Virus record (IMG/VR): IMGVR_UViG_3300030330_002704
Coordinates: 1 to 40,059 of that record
Reading direction: 5' to 3' (one strand)
DNA: 40,059 nucleotides
Source: a virus
Lineage: Duplodnaviria; Caudoviricetes
The position numbers and the translations under genes are program-made. Each line of letters starts with the position of its first letter. Within the stretch, counting starts at the first letter, position 1. This document shows, in pieces, positions 15,516-23,937 of this stretch. The notes beneath the pieces were generated by a model. It did no database searches. It saw nothing but the letters and a program-made list of their open reading frames with translations, and was not told where the DNA came from.

Positions 15516-15877
15516 TGGATACGCAGCTTCTCAACGTACTAAGTGACTTTGGTGCGCTGGGATTAGCGTCCGGCGCTATCTTCTGGCTGTATGTGAAAGC
15601 TGCCAAGCGCCAGGAGGAGATGGTCGAGAAGTTCCAGGTGCAGCTACGTGAGCAGGCTGACGAGTGCAATAAACGTGAAGCTGACGTGCGTGACCGTTAC
15701 GACGCTGTGGTGCGTAAGTATGATGAAGAAAGGCTACAGACCTTGCAGCAATTAAGCACAAAGCTTGATTCGTTGGAGAAAGAAGTTAAAGATATGGAAG
15801 CTGCGGTTAAGCAAGGGTTGAGTGAAATGCGTGATCATTACTCTAGTTTAAGTGCTGTGCTAGGCAAGAAAGTATGA
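15515..15877 (+). CDS. N-terminal TM plus coiled-coil protein (BhlA/UviB-like holin or i-spanin-like)
   Basis: FGALGLASGAIFWLYV TM followed by ~85-aa coiled coil. Confidence 0.6.
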   Translation: MDTQLLNVLSDFGALGLASGAIFWLYVKAAKRQEEMVEKFQVQLREQADECNKREADVRDRYDAVVRKYDEERLQTLQQLSTKLDSLEKEVKDMEAAVKQGLSEMRDHYSSLSAVLGKKV

Positions 15878-16275
15878 GTATAGCCAAGAAGACGAATCCT
15901 GCGCTCTGGGAGCGATCTGTAGCCAAGGCAAGGGCTAAAATGGGCGGTCATTCTGGCCGTGCTATGCAGCTAGCTACTAAATATTACAAAAGTGCTGGCG
16001 GAAAATACTCAGGAAAGAAGCCCACTGCTAAAAATAACTCAATGAAAAAGTGGACCAAAGAGGACTGGAAATGGTCAAAAAAGGATAAACCCGGACCTGG
16101 CGGGTCCGGTGTTTATCTACCAAGCAAAAAGATAAGCGGGATGAAGTCAACCGAAAGGGGCAGGGCAAAGCTCAGGGAGGCTGCGGCAAAGAAAGCTGCT
16201 GCCACTCGCAGTGGGCGCCAGTACTCCCGCCATGGTCTTGCGGCTGGCACATCTCTCAAGAGGAAGAAGTCATGA
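15874..16275 (+). CDS. Basic protein, DUF5872-like
   Basis: NPALWE...HSGRAMQLATKYYKSAGGKY...KKWTKEDW...YLP pattern recalled for this family. Confidence 0.7.
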   Translation: MSIAKKTNPALWERSVAKARAKMGGHSGRAMQLATKYYKSAGGKYSGKKPTAKNNSMKKWTKEDWKWSKKDKPGPGGSGVYLPSKKISGMKSTERGRAKLREAAAKKAAATRSGRQYSRHGLAAGTSLKRKKS

Positions 16276-16565
16276 GTTATACTGCTACCCGTCAAAGAGC
16301 TGCTAAGAAGAAAAGTAAGCCGTTTCACGGTTACAACCCAAAGATCCACAGCCGCTCAGGCGGATTAAACGCTGCTGGTCGTGCAAAGTTTAAACGTGAA
16401 GAGGGTGCAAACTTAAAGCCCCCAGTTACTGAAAGCAATCCCAAGGGCAAGCGAGCTGGAAGGAAGAGATCCTTTTGCGCTCGCATGGGAGGAGTTAAGG
16501 GGCCAACGAGCAAGGGCGGTAAGCTGACACCAAAGGGAGCCGCTCTAAAGCGTTGGAAGTGTTAG
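16272..16565 (+). CDS. Basic protein, DUF6321-like
   Basis: GGLNAAGRAKF...NLKPPV...RKRSFCARMGG...ALKRWKC. Confidence 0.75.
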   Translation: MSYTATRQRAAKKKSKPFHGYNPKIHSRSGGLNAAGRAKFKREEGANLKPPVTESNPKGKRAGRKRSFCARMGGVKGPTSKGGKLTPKGAALKRWKC

Positions 16566-16736
16566 ATGCAAACTGTAGAGACCGAAATAGTGCGAGCGCA
16601 TACACGCCTTGACGGCGTGGATGCTCGCCTGAAGCGTATGGAGCGTAAGCTGGATTTCCATACGACGGTGATTATTTCTGTTGTAGCTGTCGCATCTGTT
16701 CTCGGTCCTGCGGCCGCTGCTGTATTGGGGATCTAA
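16566..16736 (+). CDS. 56-aa coiled-coil plus C-terminal TM protein (XhlA-like), below track cutoff
   Basis: MQTVETEIVRAHTRLDGVDARLKRMERKLDFHTTVIISVVAVASVLGPAAAAVLGI; fills gap exactly, TAATG-coupled. Confidence 0.75.
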   Translation: MQTVETEIVRAHTRLDGVDARLKRMERKLDFHTTVIISVVAVASVLGPAAAAVLGI

Positions 16737-17131
16737 TGGCTAAGAGGCGACCTCTTCCAAGAAGGACAAAGACCGATAAGATCCTTCGGCATCTTATAAA
16801 AGACAAAGCCATCCATGAGTTAGAGTCCCCTCTCCACAGAAGGGAAAACCCTTCATTTGCGGGAAGGGCCTATGCTGCAAGCATGCTGGGTGATCAGCAC
16901 CCATTAGCGGAAGAAGGTGACGACCCAGCTAAGATTGAAGTAAGAATGCGTATTGCTGACAAGTTAAAGCGCAAGGCCGTAAACAAGCATAAGATAAAAC
17001 AAAAAGAGTTTGAAGAAATGCAGCAGAAGGAAGAGGCGCTTAAGCATAAGCATGGATGGACTGGTCCTAACTTTGGAGACTCCAAGATGATGGAGAGGCT
17101 CCACAAAAAGAAGTTTGGTAATACCATCTAA
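16736..17131 (+). CDS. Basic hypothetical protein
   Basis: TAATG-coupled at both ends. Confidence 0.75.
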   Translation: MAKRRPLPRRTKTDKILRHLIKDKAIHELESPLHRRENPSFAGRAYAASMLGDQHPLAEEGDDPAKIEVRMRIADKLKRKAVNKHKIKQKEFEEMQQKEEALKHKHGWTGPNFGDSKMMERLHKKKFGNTI

Positions 17132-18720
17132 TGGATCCCCGCAACGAGATCCTGCGCTGCAAAGAGGACTTTGACTACTTTGCCAGGCGCTACTTAAAGA
17201 TCGTTACCAAGGACGCAAAGCTAAAACCTTTTAAGATGAACGCTGCCCAGCGTGATATTATAGGTTCCTTCGCTGAAAACCCGCACCTAATGCTGCTAAA
17301 GGCAAGACAGCTCGGCAGTACGACTGGTATAGCAGCCTACTTTTTTTGGGACGCTTTGTTCACTCCGCACATGAGTGTTGCAGTTGTTGCCCACACCGAC
17401 GAGGCAGTTAAACGGATATTTGAGATTTACCGTAGATTCTACGAAAACCTCCCTGAGTTTTTAAAGTTGGAAACCGTTCGTTCTCGTGAAAACGAGATTA
17501 AGTTTATAACGGGCAGCGGGATTAAGGTTGGATCTGCATCAACTCAAAGCTTTCGTGGCGGAACGTACCAGCGAATCCACGCATCAGAGTATGCCTTTTG
17601 GGGTAACATGCAGGTGGCCATTGCTTCTCTCTTCGGCACTGCTACTGACGACGCCCTTATTGTGCTTGAGTCTACTGCTAATGGAATGAACGAAGCCTAC
17701 GATATGTGGAGCCAGGAGAACGGCTTCCTGAAGATCTTCATGAGTTGGAAGATGGACAGGAACTATGTTCTGGATAAGCCACACTTCGATGATCCCAGCG
17801 AGGAAGAGCTAGAGTACAGTTACGAGCACAAGTTGTCCGAGAAACAGTTCAACTGGATGGTTAGGACACTGCGTACAAAGTGCGGAAATAACTGGAATAT
17901 CTTTAACCAGGAGTACCCGGCAGAGCCAGAGATGGCGTTCATTACTACGGGTACGCGTTTCTTCCCGAATGCCTATAGTGTCAACCATTACAAGGAGGGC
18001 TACCAGGAGTTTGAGCCCCCTCGTAAGATGGGCATCTACATCATGGGTGTGGACACGGCCTCTGGTTCCCCCGGCGGTGACTACAGTTCTTTTATGATTA
18101 TTGATGCGACCCGACGTGAGTTTAAAGACATGCGTATGGTTGCTAGTTACTACGAGCGGATTCCGCCCAGCCTGTTTAGCAAGATTGTTTACGAGAAAGC
18201 TCGTCGCTACAAAGCCTTAATTGTTATTGAAACAAACAGTTATGGTCTTAGTGTTGTAGAGTCTGTTCGGAACAGGGGTTATCCAAACCTCTATAGGAAC
18301 ACATCTTTCGACAAAATTACAAATCGCTGGGTGAATAAGGTTGGATTTACTACGACTGCCCAGAGCAGGCCGCTGTTAATTAATAGGCTTTATGAGAACG
18401 TTACTCGTAACTGGCTAACGGTTAAATGCGACCGCTTTAAGTGCGAGGCAAATCGACTTCAGTACAACACTCGTGGCAAGGTTGAGGCAATGCCTGGCTA
18501 CCACGACGATATGATTATAGCTACAGGATTGGCTTTAATGGGACTTGATCAAGTCAATGATTTAGAGGAAGAGATCTTGAAACAATACAAGCCAAGTAGT
18601 ATTTCAGATATGTTAAAGTGGGAAATGGCGACTGGCAAACGCTGGAAAGACCATGACCCAACCGAGTTCGCCAGCGATAGTGGCGAGACAATTGAGGCCA
18701 TTCTTGGCGAAGCTCTATAA
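17131..18720 (+). CDS. terL: Terminase large subunit
   Basis: Walker A LKARQLGSTT, Walker B IHASE, coupling motif ESTANG, nuclease GVDTASG, IETNSYG, HDDMIIA. Confidence 0.95.
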   Translation: MDPRNEILRCKEDFDYFARRYLKIVTKDAKLKPFKMNAAQRDIIGSFAENPHLMLLKARQLGSTTGIAAYFFWDALFTPHMSVAVVAHTDEAVKRIFEIYRRFYENLPEFLKLETVRSRENEIKFITGSGIKVGSASTQSFRGGTYQRIHASEYAFWGNMQVAIASLFGTATDDALIVLESTANGMNEAYDMWSQENGFLKIFMSWKMDRNYVLDKPHFDDPSEEELEYSYEHKLSEKQFNWMVRTLRTKCGNNWNIFNQEYPAEPEMAFITTGTRFFPNAYSVNHYKEGYQEFEPPRKMGIYIMGVDTASGSPGGDYSSFMIIDATRREFKDMRMVASYYERIPPSLFSKIVYEKARRYKALIVIETNSYGLSVVESVRNRGYPNLYRNTSFDKITNRWVNKVGFTTTAQSRPLLINRLYENVTRNWLTVKCDRFKCEANRLQYNTRGKVEAMPGYHDDMIIATGLALMGLDQVNDLEEEILKQYKPSSISDMLKWEMATGKRWKDHDPTEFASDSGETIEAILGEAL

Positions 18721-18755
18721 CGGTCCTGGCCCGATAGCCTTGTAGGAGAAGTGAG

Positions 18756-19484
18756 ATGGCAATTCTTAGTGAGGAAGATCAGCAAAAGTTTATGGATGCA
18801 GTAGGAGGTGAAGAACCAGAGCAACCTGAACAGCAACTAGAAGAAACTGAATACCCGGAATCAGACCCCGGAGTTGCTGACGATAGCGGAGATGACCTTC
18901 ATCATGTTCCTTATGGCCGATTCAAATCTGTAATCGACACACGGAACGAGCTTCGTGACCAAGTTCAGCAAATGGAAGAAGAGTTACTCTACTTCCGTGA
19001 GCAAGCTGAAATGGCTGAGCGCGCACGCCAGTACGCACCCAGGCAGCGTCAAGAGGCTAGAAGTGAGGAAGACCCGTGGGGATACTTAGAAGACCAGGAG
19101 GAAGATAACAGTAACTACCCTTCAGGCGTTGATGACAACCGTATTAGTCATCTAGAAGCACGTTTAGAACAGGCCGAAGAAGGCTTTGTAATGCGTGAAC
19201 TAGAACTTGAGGTTGGAGAAGCCTCGCAACGTCACGGTGTTCCCGCAGAAATGATTTATAACGCTATTGCTACAGATGGTTCTTTAAGTGCCGACGATAT
19301 TGCAAGAACTTATAATGAGTTCGTCCATGAAGTAGAAGAAGCTGCTCTGAATCGCTATAAGAACGAAGCCGCTCCTCGTGTGCGTACATCCTCTGGGCCT
19401 ACGGTCTCAGGGGGCACTGATGGGCATTCTGGTGATTCGATGGAGGATGCACGGAGCAAACTCCTCGCTTTTCTTAAGGACTAA
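18756..19484 (+). CDS. Capsid scaffolding protein
   Basis: Acidic coiled coil, VPYGRFKSV motif, C-terminal helix, directly upstream of capsid gene; RBS AGGAG. Confidence 0.75.
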   Translation: MAILSEEDQQKFMDAVGGEEPEQPEQQLEETEYPESDPGVADDSGDDLHHVPYGRFKSVIDTRNELRDQVQQMEEELLYFREQAEMAERARQYAPRQRQEARSEEDPWGYLEDQEEDNSNYPSGVDDNRISHLEARLEQAEEGFVMRELELEVGEASQRHGVPAEMIYNAIATDGSLSADDIARTYNEFVHEVEEAALNRYKNEAAPRVRTSSGPTVSGGTDGHSGDSMEDARSKLLAFLKD

Positions 19485-19490
19485 AAATCA

Positions 19491-21014
19491 ATGGCTAATC
19501 CAGTCAAGATTTCCGATCTAGACCCTATTCTGAAGGAATTTTATCAGGGTCCGATCATCGACGCGCTGAACTCTCAGTTAGAGATGGTTCAGCTTTTTAC
19601 TAAAACTACGCTCGACTGGTCGGGACGCCGTGTGGTGATCCCCGTTCACTTGAGCCGTAACACTGGTACGCAGTTCCAGATTGAAGGCGGGGATCTTCCC
19701 ACTGCCGGACAACAGGACTACGTAAATCTTCACGTCACTGCTAAGTACCTCTATGGTCGCTTTAAGCTGACCGGCCAGGCGATTGCTTCCGCAAAGACCA
19801 CGGCCAACAGCTTTGCCACCTACGTTCAGAGCGAAATGGACCGTCTCGTCACCGACGTTAAGGTTCGTGCCAACCAGGCAATGTTCACCGGCCAAGGCTA
19901 CGTGGGCTTCATCTGGGATCGCGTTAATGTTCTGAATCAGGCTGGTCCGGTTACGTACAACTTTAGTGGTAACAAGGATCATCTTCGTGCATTGCAAACG
20001 CGTGCCCGGACTCCCGGAATCGGCGCTGCTGGCGACGTGCTTTCTGTCGACCTTATTCGCCTCGATGTGTACGCATCTGCTAGGGAAATTACTGCCGGAA
20101 ACGGTGGCCATATTGTTGTCCCTGACGCTGCTGCCGGAAGTGATGCTGAGTTGATTGTCAGCATGGCTCGCGAAGGTGTGGGTAACACTGGTAACATCCG
20201 CCTTGCTGGTGGTGGTGCTGCGTTCCCGCACAACGCCATTCCTCGGGCAAACGTTCCTTGCGTTGTTAAGGTCGTGAACTCTGGCGCCTTTGTGGCTGCT
20301 CCTAATCTTGAGTTTACTCCGAATGCTGGTGGCGCCTTTGCTGCTGAACTCGGTGCAGAGCAGATGGGCCTTTACGGCAACCTGTGCTCGCAGATTCACT
20401 GGGGCATCGACCGGAACCTGGTTTCGACGACTGCTTCCGGTGCTGCTGGTACTGCTCAGAGCAGCGTTGCTAAGCCTGACGAGGGCGGTAACCACGAGCT
20501 GCGTGCAGCTGCTGTTGAAACCAACAATGCTGTTCCGGCTGCTGCTGGTGCTGTTGCTCCTGCTGCAATCGACTTTGAACGCATGCAGGCGATGCTTGAT
20601 GACATTATGGTTGCAGGTGGGGACAATCCTAACTGCATCTATATGCACCCCATCATGCGTCAGAAGTACGCTGCGGCATTGCTGTGGACCGCCAATGCGG
20701 CCTCCGGTACGCTTAATAAGGACGTTAACGCACGTCCTGGTCAGGGCGACCCCGGGTTCTCTGGCTACGCCTTCTCCGGTATTCCGGTTAAGGTTTCCCG
20801 CCACTGCGGCAAGGGTTTGGCAATCTTCCTGAACACTCGTGTTTGGACGATTACCGAGCTTCAGTCGTTTGGCATGGCTGATCTGGATGGCAGCATCCTT
20901 AGTCGTGTCACGAACAAGGACGAGTACGAGGGATACATTCGCTGGTACTACGAGCTTGTTTGCAAAGAGCCGAATCGTAACGCCATTCTTTGTGGCATTA
21001 CCTTCGCTGCTTAA
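19491..21014 (+). CDS. Major capsid protein (HK97-fold)
   Basis: Position after scaffold; EGGDLP, YLYGRFKLTG, LDGSILSRV...YEGYIRWYYELVCKEPNRNAIL; strong codon bias. Confidence 0.85.
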   Translation: MANPVKISDLDPILKEFYQGPIIDALNSQLEMVQLFTKTTLDWSGRRVVIPVHLSRNTGTQFQIEGGDLPTAGQQDYVNLHVTAKYLYGRFKLTGQAIASAKTTANSFATYVQSEMDRLVTDVKVRANQAMFTGQGYVGFIWDRVNVLNQAGPVTYNFSGNKDHLRALQTRARTPGIGAAGDVLSVDLIRLDVYASAREITAGNGGHIVVPDAAAGSDAELIVSMAREGVGNTGNIRLAGGGAAFPHNAIPRANVPCVVKVVNSGAFVAAPNLEFTPNAGGAFAAELGAEQMGLYGNLCSQIHWGIDRNLVSTTASGAAGTAQSSVAKPDEGGNHELRAAAVETNNAVPAAAGAVAPAAIDFERMQAMLDDIMVAGGDNPNCIYMHPIMRQKYAAALLWTANAASGTLNKDVNARPGQGDPGFSGYAFSGIPVKVSRHCGKGLAIFLNTRVWTITELQSFGMADLDGSILSRVTNKDEYEGYIRWYYELVCKEPNRNAILCGITFAA

Positions 21015-21021
21015 TGCACTT

Positions 21022-21058
21022 GAGGACTGGCCCCCCTTTAGGGGGGGGCCAGGACCTC
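21022..21058 (+). promoter_or_regulatory. GC-rich stem-loop after capsid stop (attenuator or mRNA-stabilising)
   Basis: CTGGCCCCCC...GGGGGGCCAG 10-bp stem extended by GAGG/CCTC; no immediate U tract. Confidence 0.6.
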
Positions 21059-21068
21059 TGGGGGTTTT

Positions 21069-21314
21069 ATGCACCGTGATTCTGACAGATCTGGTTCTGG
21101 CCTGAGACGCTCTGGTTTCTACCAGGGCTCTCCTAATCCTGGTCCTGACATCGGCGCTCTTATGGGAGCAGCCGGTAAGTTTATGAAAAGCTACGAGGGT
21201 GATAAGAAAGAAGAATCCCCCGAAGCTAAAGCTAAAGACAAGGGATCGGGTCTTAAAGACATTGGCTCGCTTGCTCTTAAATACGGACCAATGGTTCTCA
21301 AGATGCTTGGCTAG
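21069..21314 (+). CDS. Small hypothetical protein with C-terminal amphipathic helix
   Basis: 81 aa between capsid and portal; ends GLKDIGSLALKYGPMVLKMLG. Confidence 0.65.
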   Translation: MHRDSDRSGSGLRRSGFYQGSPNPGPDIGALMGAAGKFMKSYEGDKKEESPEAKAKDKGSGLKDIGSLALKYGPMVLKMLG

Positions 21315-21322
21315 GAGTTCTC

Positions 21323-23278
21323 GTGGAAGAAGCTGAAACAATCGTTGTCATCGGCAAAGGGTTCCCGATGAAGGGCTCTGAGCTAAGAGACGCTATTGAC
21401 AGCTCTCGCCGCCTAAAGTCTCGCTACATTCGTATTTGGGACATGTGCAACCTGTTCTTACAGGGCAAGCAACATCTAAAATACGACTCATATAATAAGA
21501 GTTTTGCCGGTGAGCGCCGACGCCCTGGTCGCCAACGTGTCACCATTAATATGATTCTAAACATTTACCGTAACATGCTGGCTCGATTGGCAATGGCTTA
21601 CCCCAGTATTACGGTACTTCCTTCCTCTGATTCCGTTGAGGACATCGTAAAGGCTCAGTCATGTGAGACTGCTCTTAAGTGGTACTGGCATAGCGAGGCT
21701 ATGAACGAAACGCTTGGCGACCTCGTTAGCCACTTGCTTGTTACGGGTAACGCTGGGGTTCATACGTATTACGACTCAGAGGTTGAGAAGATCCGCACAA
21801 AGATCATTAACCCTTACGACATGTTCTTTGAGCCCGGTGCTAATAGCTTCGAGGAGTCTCGGTTTATTGCGATTAGACACCTTGTTCACAAGAAGGACCT
21901 AGCTCGTAGCTACCCCGAGTACGCTGAGTTTATTATGAAGCAGCCTGACGCTGATCTGTCTGCTCATAACAGCATGTATGCAACAGTTACGGGAACTCAA
22001 AACTATTCACTTAAAGAGCGCATTGAGTTGTTCGAGGTGTACCACGTTGACGGAATGGTGTGTCAGCTTGTTGGAACCAAGAAGCTCTATACTGGAACTT
22101 GGCCAGGAAAGATTCTTCCCGTGCAGTTTGTAAACTACACAAAGATGCCTAATCGTCTTTGGGGCACCGGAATGATCGAGCCTCTGCTTGAGTTGCAGAG
22201 TCTTTACAACCGGGGGCGTGCTCAAATCGTAGAGAATGCCGAGTTAATGGGTAATCCCAAGTGGCTTATTCCTAAGGGTGCCGGTCTTAGTAAGAACGCT
22301 CTTTCCTCCTCTCGCCCAGGCGAGAAGGTTATGTACAACGCTAATACGGGACCTGCTCCAACCCAAATCTCTGCGGCTCCTATTCCTGCTTATGTCGTAG
22401 ACAACATTAAGCAGATTAACGCAGAGATGATGGACATTGCTGGTGTGCACAGCACATCGTTGGGTAAGCGTGCTATTGGTATTGAGTCTGGCGCTGCTAT
22501 TGAGGCGTTGTCCTCTAAAGATGCACAGCAGCTTCAGGTTACTCAGGACAACATCGAGCGGGGCGTAAAAGATCTTGCAGAGGTTGTTCTTACCTACATG
22601 CGTAAGTTCTACCCTGAAGAAAAGATGATGCGGATTATGGATGAAACAGGCCGCATTGTTTTTCATCAGCTACGCCAAACAGATATTAACGAAGGCGCAG
22701 ATGTTTACCTAGAAGCAGGGTCTTTGTTCCGTGACGAGAAGCAAGATCGGGACAAGCGAATTATGGAGCTGCTGCAAGCAGGCTTAATCGAAAAGGATCA
22801 GGCCCTTCAGGAGTTGCACTTCAAGACAGGCAACGCCTTTATCACGAAGAAGATGCGTGCTCTGTCCCATGCTCAAGATATGCTTGAGGCTGTTCTCCGT
22901 GGGGCCTTTATTGAGATCATGCCGACTGATGACCTCAAGGCATTCGAGAAGACCTTTGGCGACTTTATGCAAACTCGGACGTTCTATGATCTTGAGCCCG
23001 AGCGTCAGGAATATGTCCGGGATGTTCTTATTGCCGTCACCACATTTGGCATGGAGCAGCAGGAGCAAGCTGAGCAAATGATGAAGCGGACTGTGTTCCC
23101 GCAACAGGCTCCGCAAGAACAAGAAGCTAAGCAGCTTGTGGCATCTGCTGGTTCTCCAAATACTCAGCAGCAGATTGCGTCTGCCCATGATGATATTATT
23201 GCCCGGAAGAGGATTGCTGATGGCGAACCTAACCCCGAGGCAGGATTAACTCGCATTAGGCAAGGAGGCACGGGATGA
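21323..23278 (+). CDS. Portal protein (P22-like size)
   Basis: GTG with RBS AGGAG; INPYDMFFEPGA, LWGTGMIEPLLELQSLYNR, NPKWLIPKG, SGAAIEAL; Gln-rich C-terminus. Confidence 0.85.
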   Translation: MEEAETIVVIGKGFPMKGSELRDAIDSSRRLKSRYIRIWDMCNLFLQGKQHLKYDSYNKSFAGERRRPGRQRVTINMILNIYRNMLARLAMAYPSITVLPSSDSVEDIVKAQSCETALKWYWHSEAMNETLGDLVSHLLVTGNAGVHTYYDSEVEKIRTKIINPYDMFFEPGANSFEESRFIAIRHLVHKKDLARSYPEYAEFIMKQPDADLSAHNSMYATVTGTQNYSLKERIELFEVYHVDGMVCQLVGTKKLYTGTWPGKILPVQFVNYTKMPNRLWGTGMIEPLLELQSLYNRGRAQIVENAELMGNPKWLIPKGAGLSKNALSSSRPGEKVMYNANTGPAPTQISAAPIPAYVVDNIKQINAEMMDIAGVHSTSLGKRAIGIESGAAIEALSSKDAQQLQVTQDNIERGVKDLAEVVLTYMRKFYPEEKMMRIMDETGRIVFHQLRQTDINEGADVYLEAGSLFRDEKQDRDKRIMELLQAGLIEKDQALQELHFKTGNAFITKKMRALSHAQDMLEAVLRGAFIEIMPTDDLKAFEKTFGDFMQTRTFYDLEPERQEYVRDVLIAVTTFGMEQQEQAEQMMKRTVFPQQAPQEQEAKQLVASAGSPNTQQQIASAHDDIIARKRIADGEPNPEAGLTRIRQGGTG

Positions 23279-23937
23279 CCGGCGGAGAAGTATTTGCACT
23301 CTTCCGTAGCCTAACAGATGAATCAGACAGTACTTTTCTTACCGACGCTAACGTAAAGACTTATCTGGATCAGGGCTTTCGTGAGTATCGATCCCTTATA
23401 ATGGGGATCGATCCTAACCTGTTTGTAACGCAACATCTGTTCACTCTTAACAGTCAGAACACTTACGACCTAGCAGCCAATAACCTTATGGGACCAACAG
23501 CCGTAGCTGGCCAGAAAGTCGAAAGAATCCTGCGCCTGGCACGTATCAACGATACAACCAGAAACGAGGTTATGGAGTACTTAGCAGGCGCTCCCAGCGA
23601 AATGGCTATTGGTGATTTCGGTTACGCACTAGCTAATACGACAATTAGATTCTCCGATAGACAGAGTGGATCTTTCCGCCTGGAGTACGTAGCCGAGCCC
23701 GACTTAGCAACAATGTTTACCAGTGGAAGCGCTGCGTACATCGATGACCTTAGTGCTTTTCATGCTTTGATTGCGCTAATGGGAATGCGTTACTATGCGA
23801 TTCGGGACGGCGGAACATCCTTAGAGGTAGAGCGCCAACTAGCTCAGCTAAAGACCGACCTTAACCGTTTTCTTTCCGAGGGTAAGAACCAGGATCAAAG
23901 ATATGTTCTAGTCGGAGACTGGAACTACGATGGCTAA
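23275..23937 (+). CDS. Head-tail adaptor (tail tubular A-like)
   Basis: ~220 aa after portal; LTDE...FLTDANVKTYLDQG N-terminal helices; RLEY...FHALI. Confidence 0.6.
   Translation: MTGGEVFALFRSLTDESDSTFLTDANVKTYLDQGFREYRSLIMGIDPNLFVTQHLFTLNSQNTYDLAANNLMGPTAVAGQKVERILRLARINDTTRNEVMEYLAGAPSEMAIGDFGYALANTTIRFSDRQSGSFRLEYVAEPDLATMFTSGSAAYIDDLSAFHALIALMGMRYYAIRDGGTSLEVERQLAQLKTDLNRFLSEGKNQDQRYVLVGDWNYDG

Noticed and set aside
18724-18747. Weak hairpin over the scaffold RBS (P22-like autoregulation)
   Set aside because: Only ~7 bp with a 4-nt bulge; too weak to support
19578-21341. 587-aa antisense ORF opposite the capsid gene
   Set aside because: Same codon register as the capsid gene; it stays open because TTA/CTA/TCA codons are avoided in a highly expressed gene; no recognisable motifs
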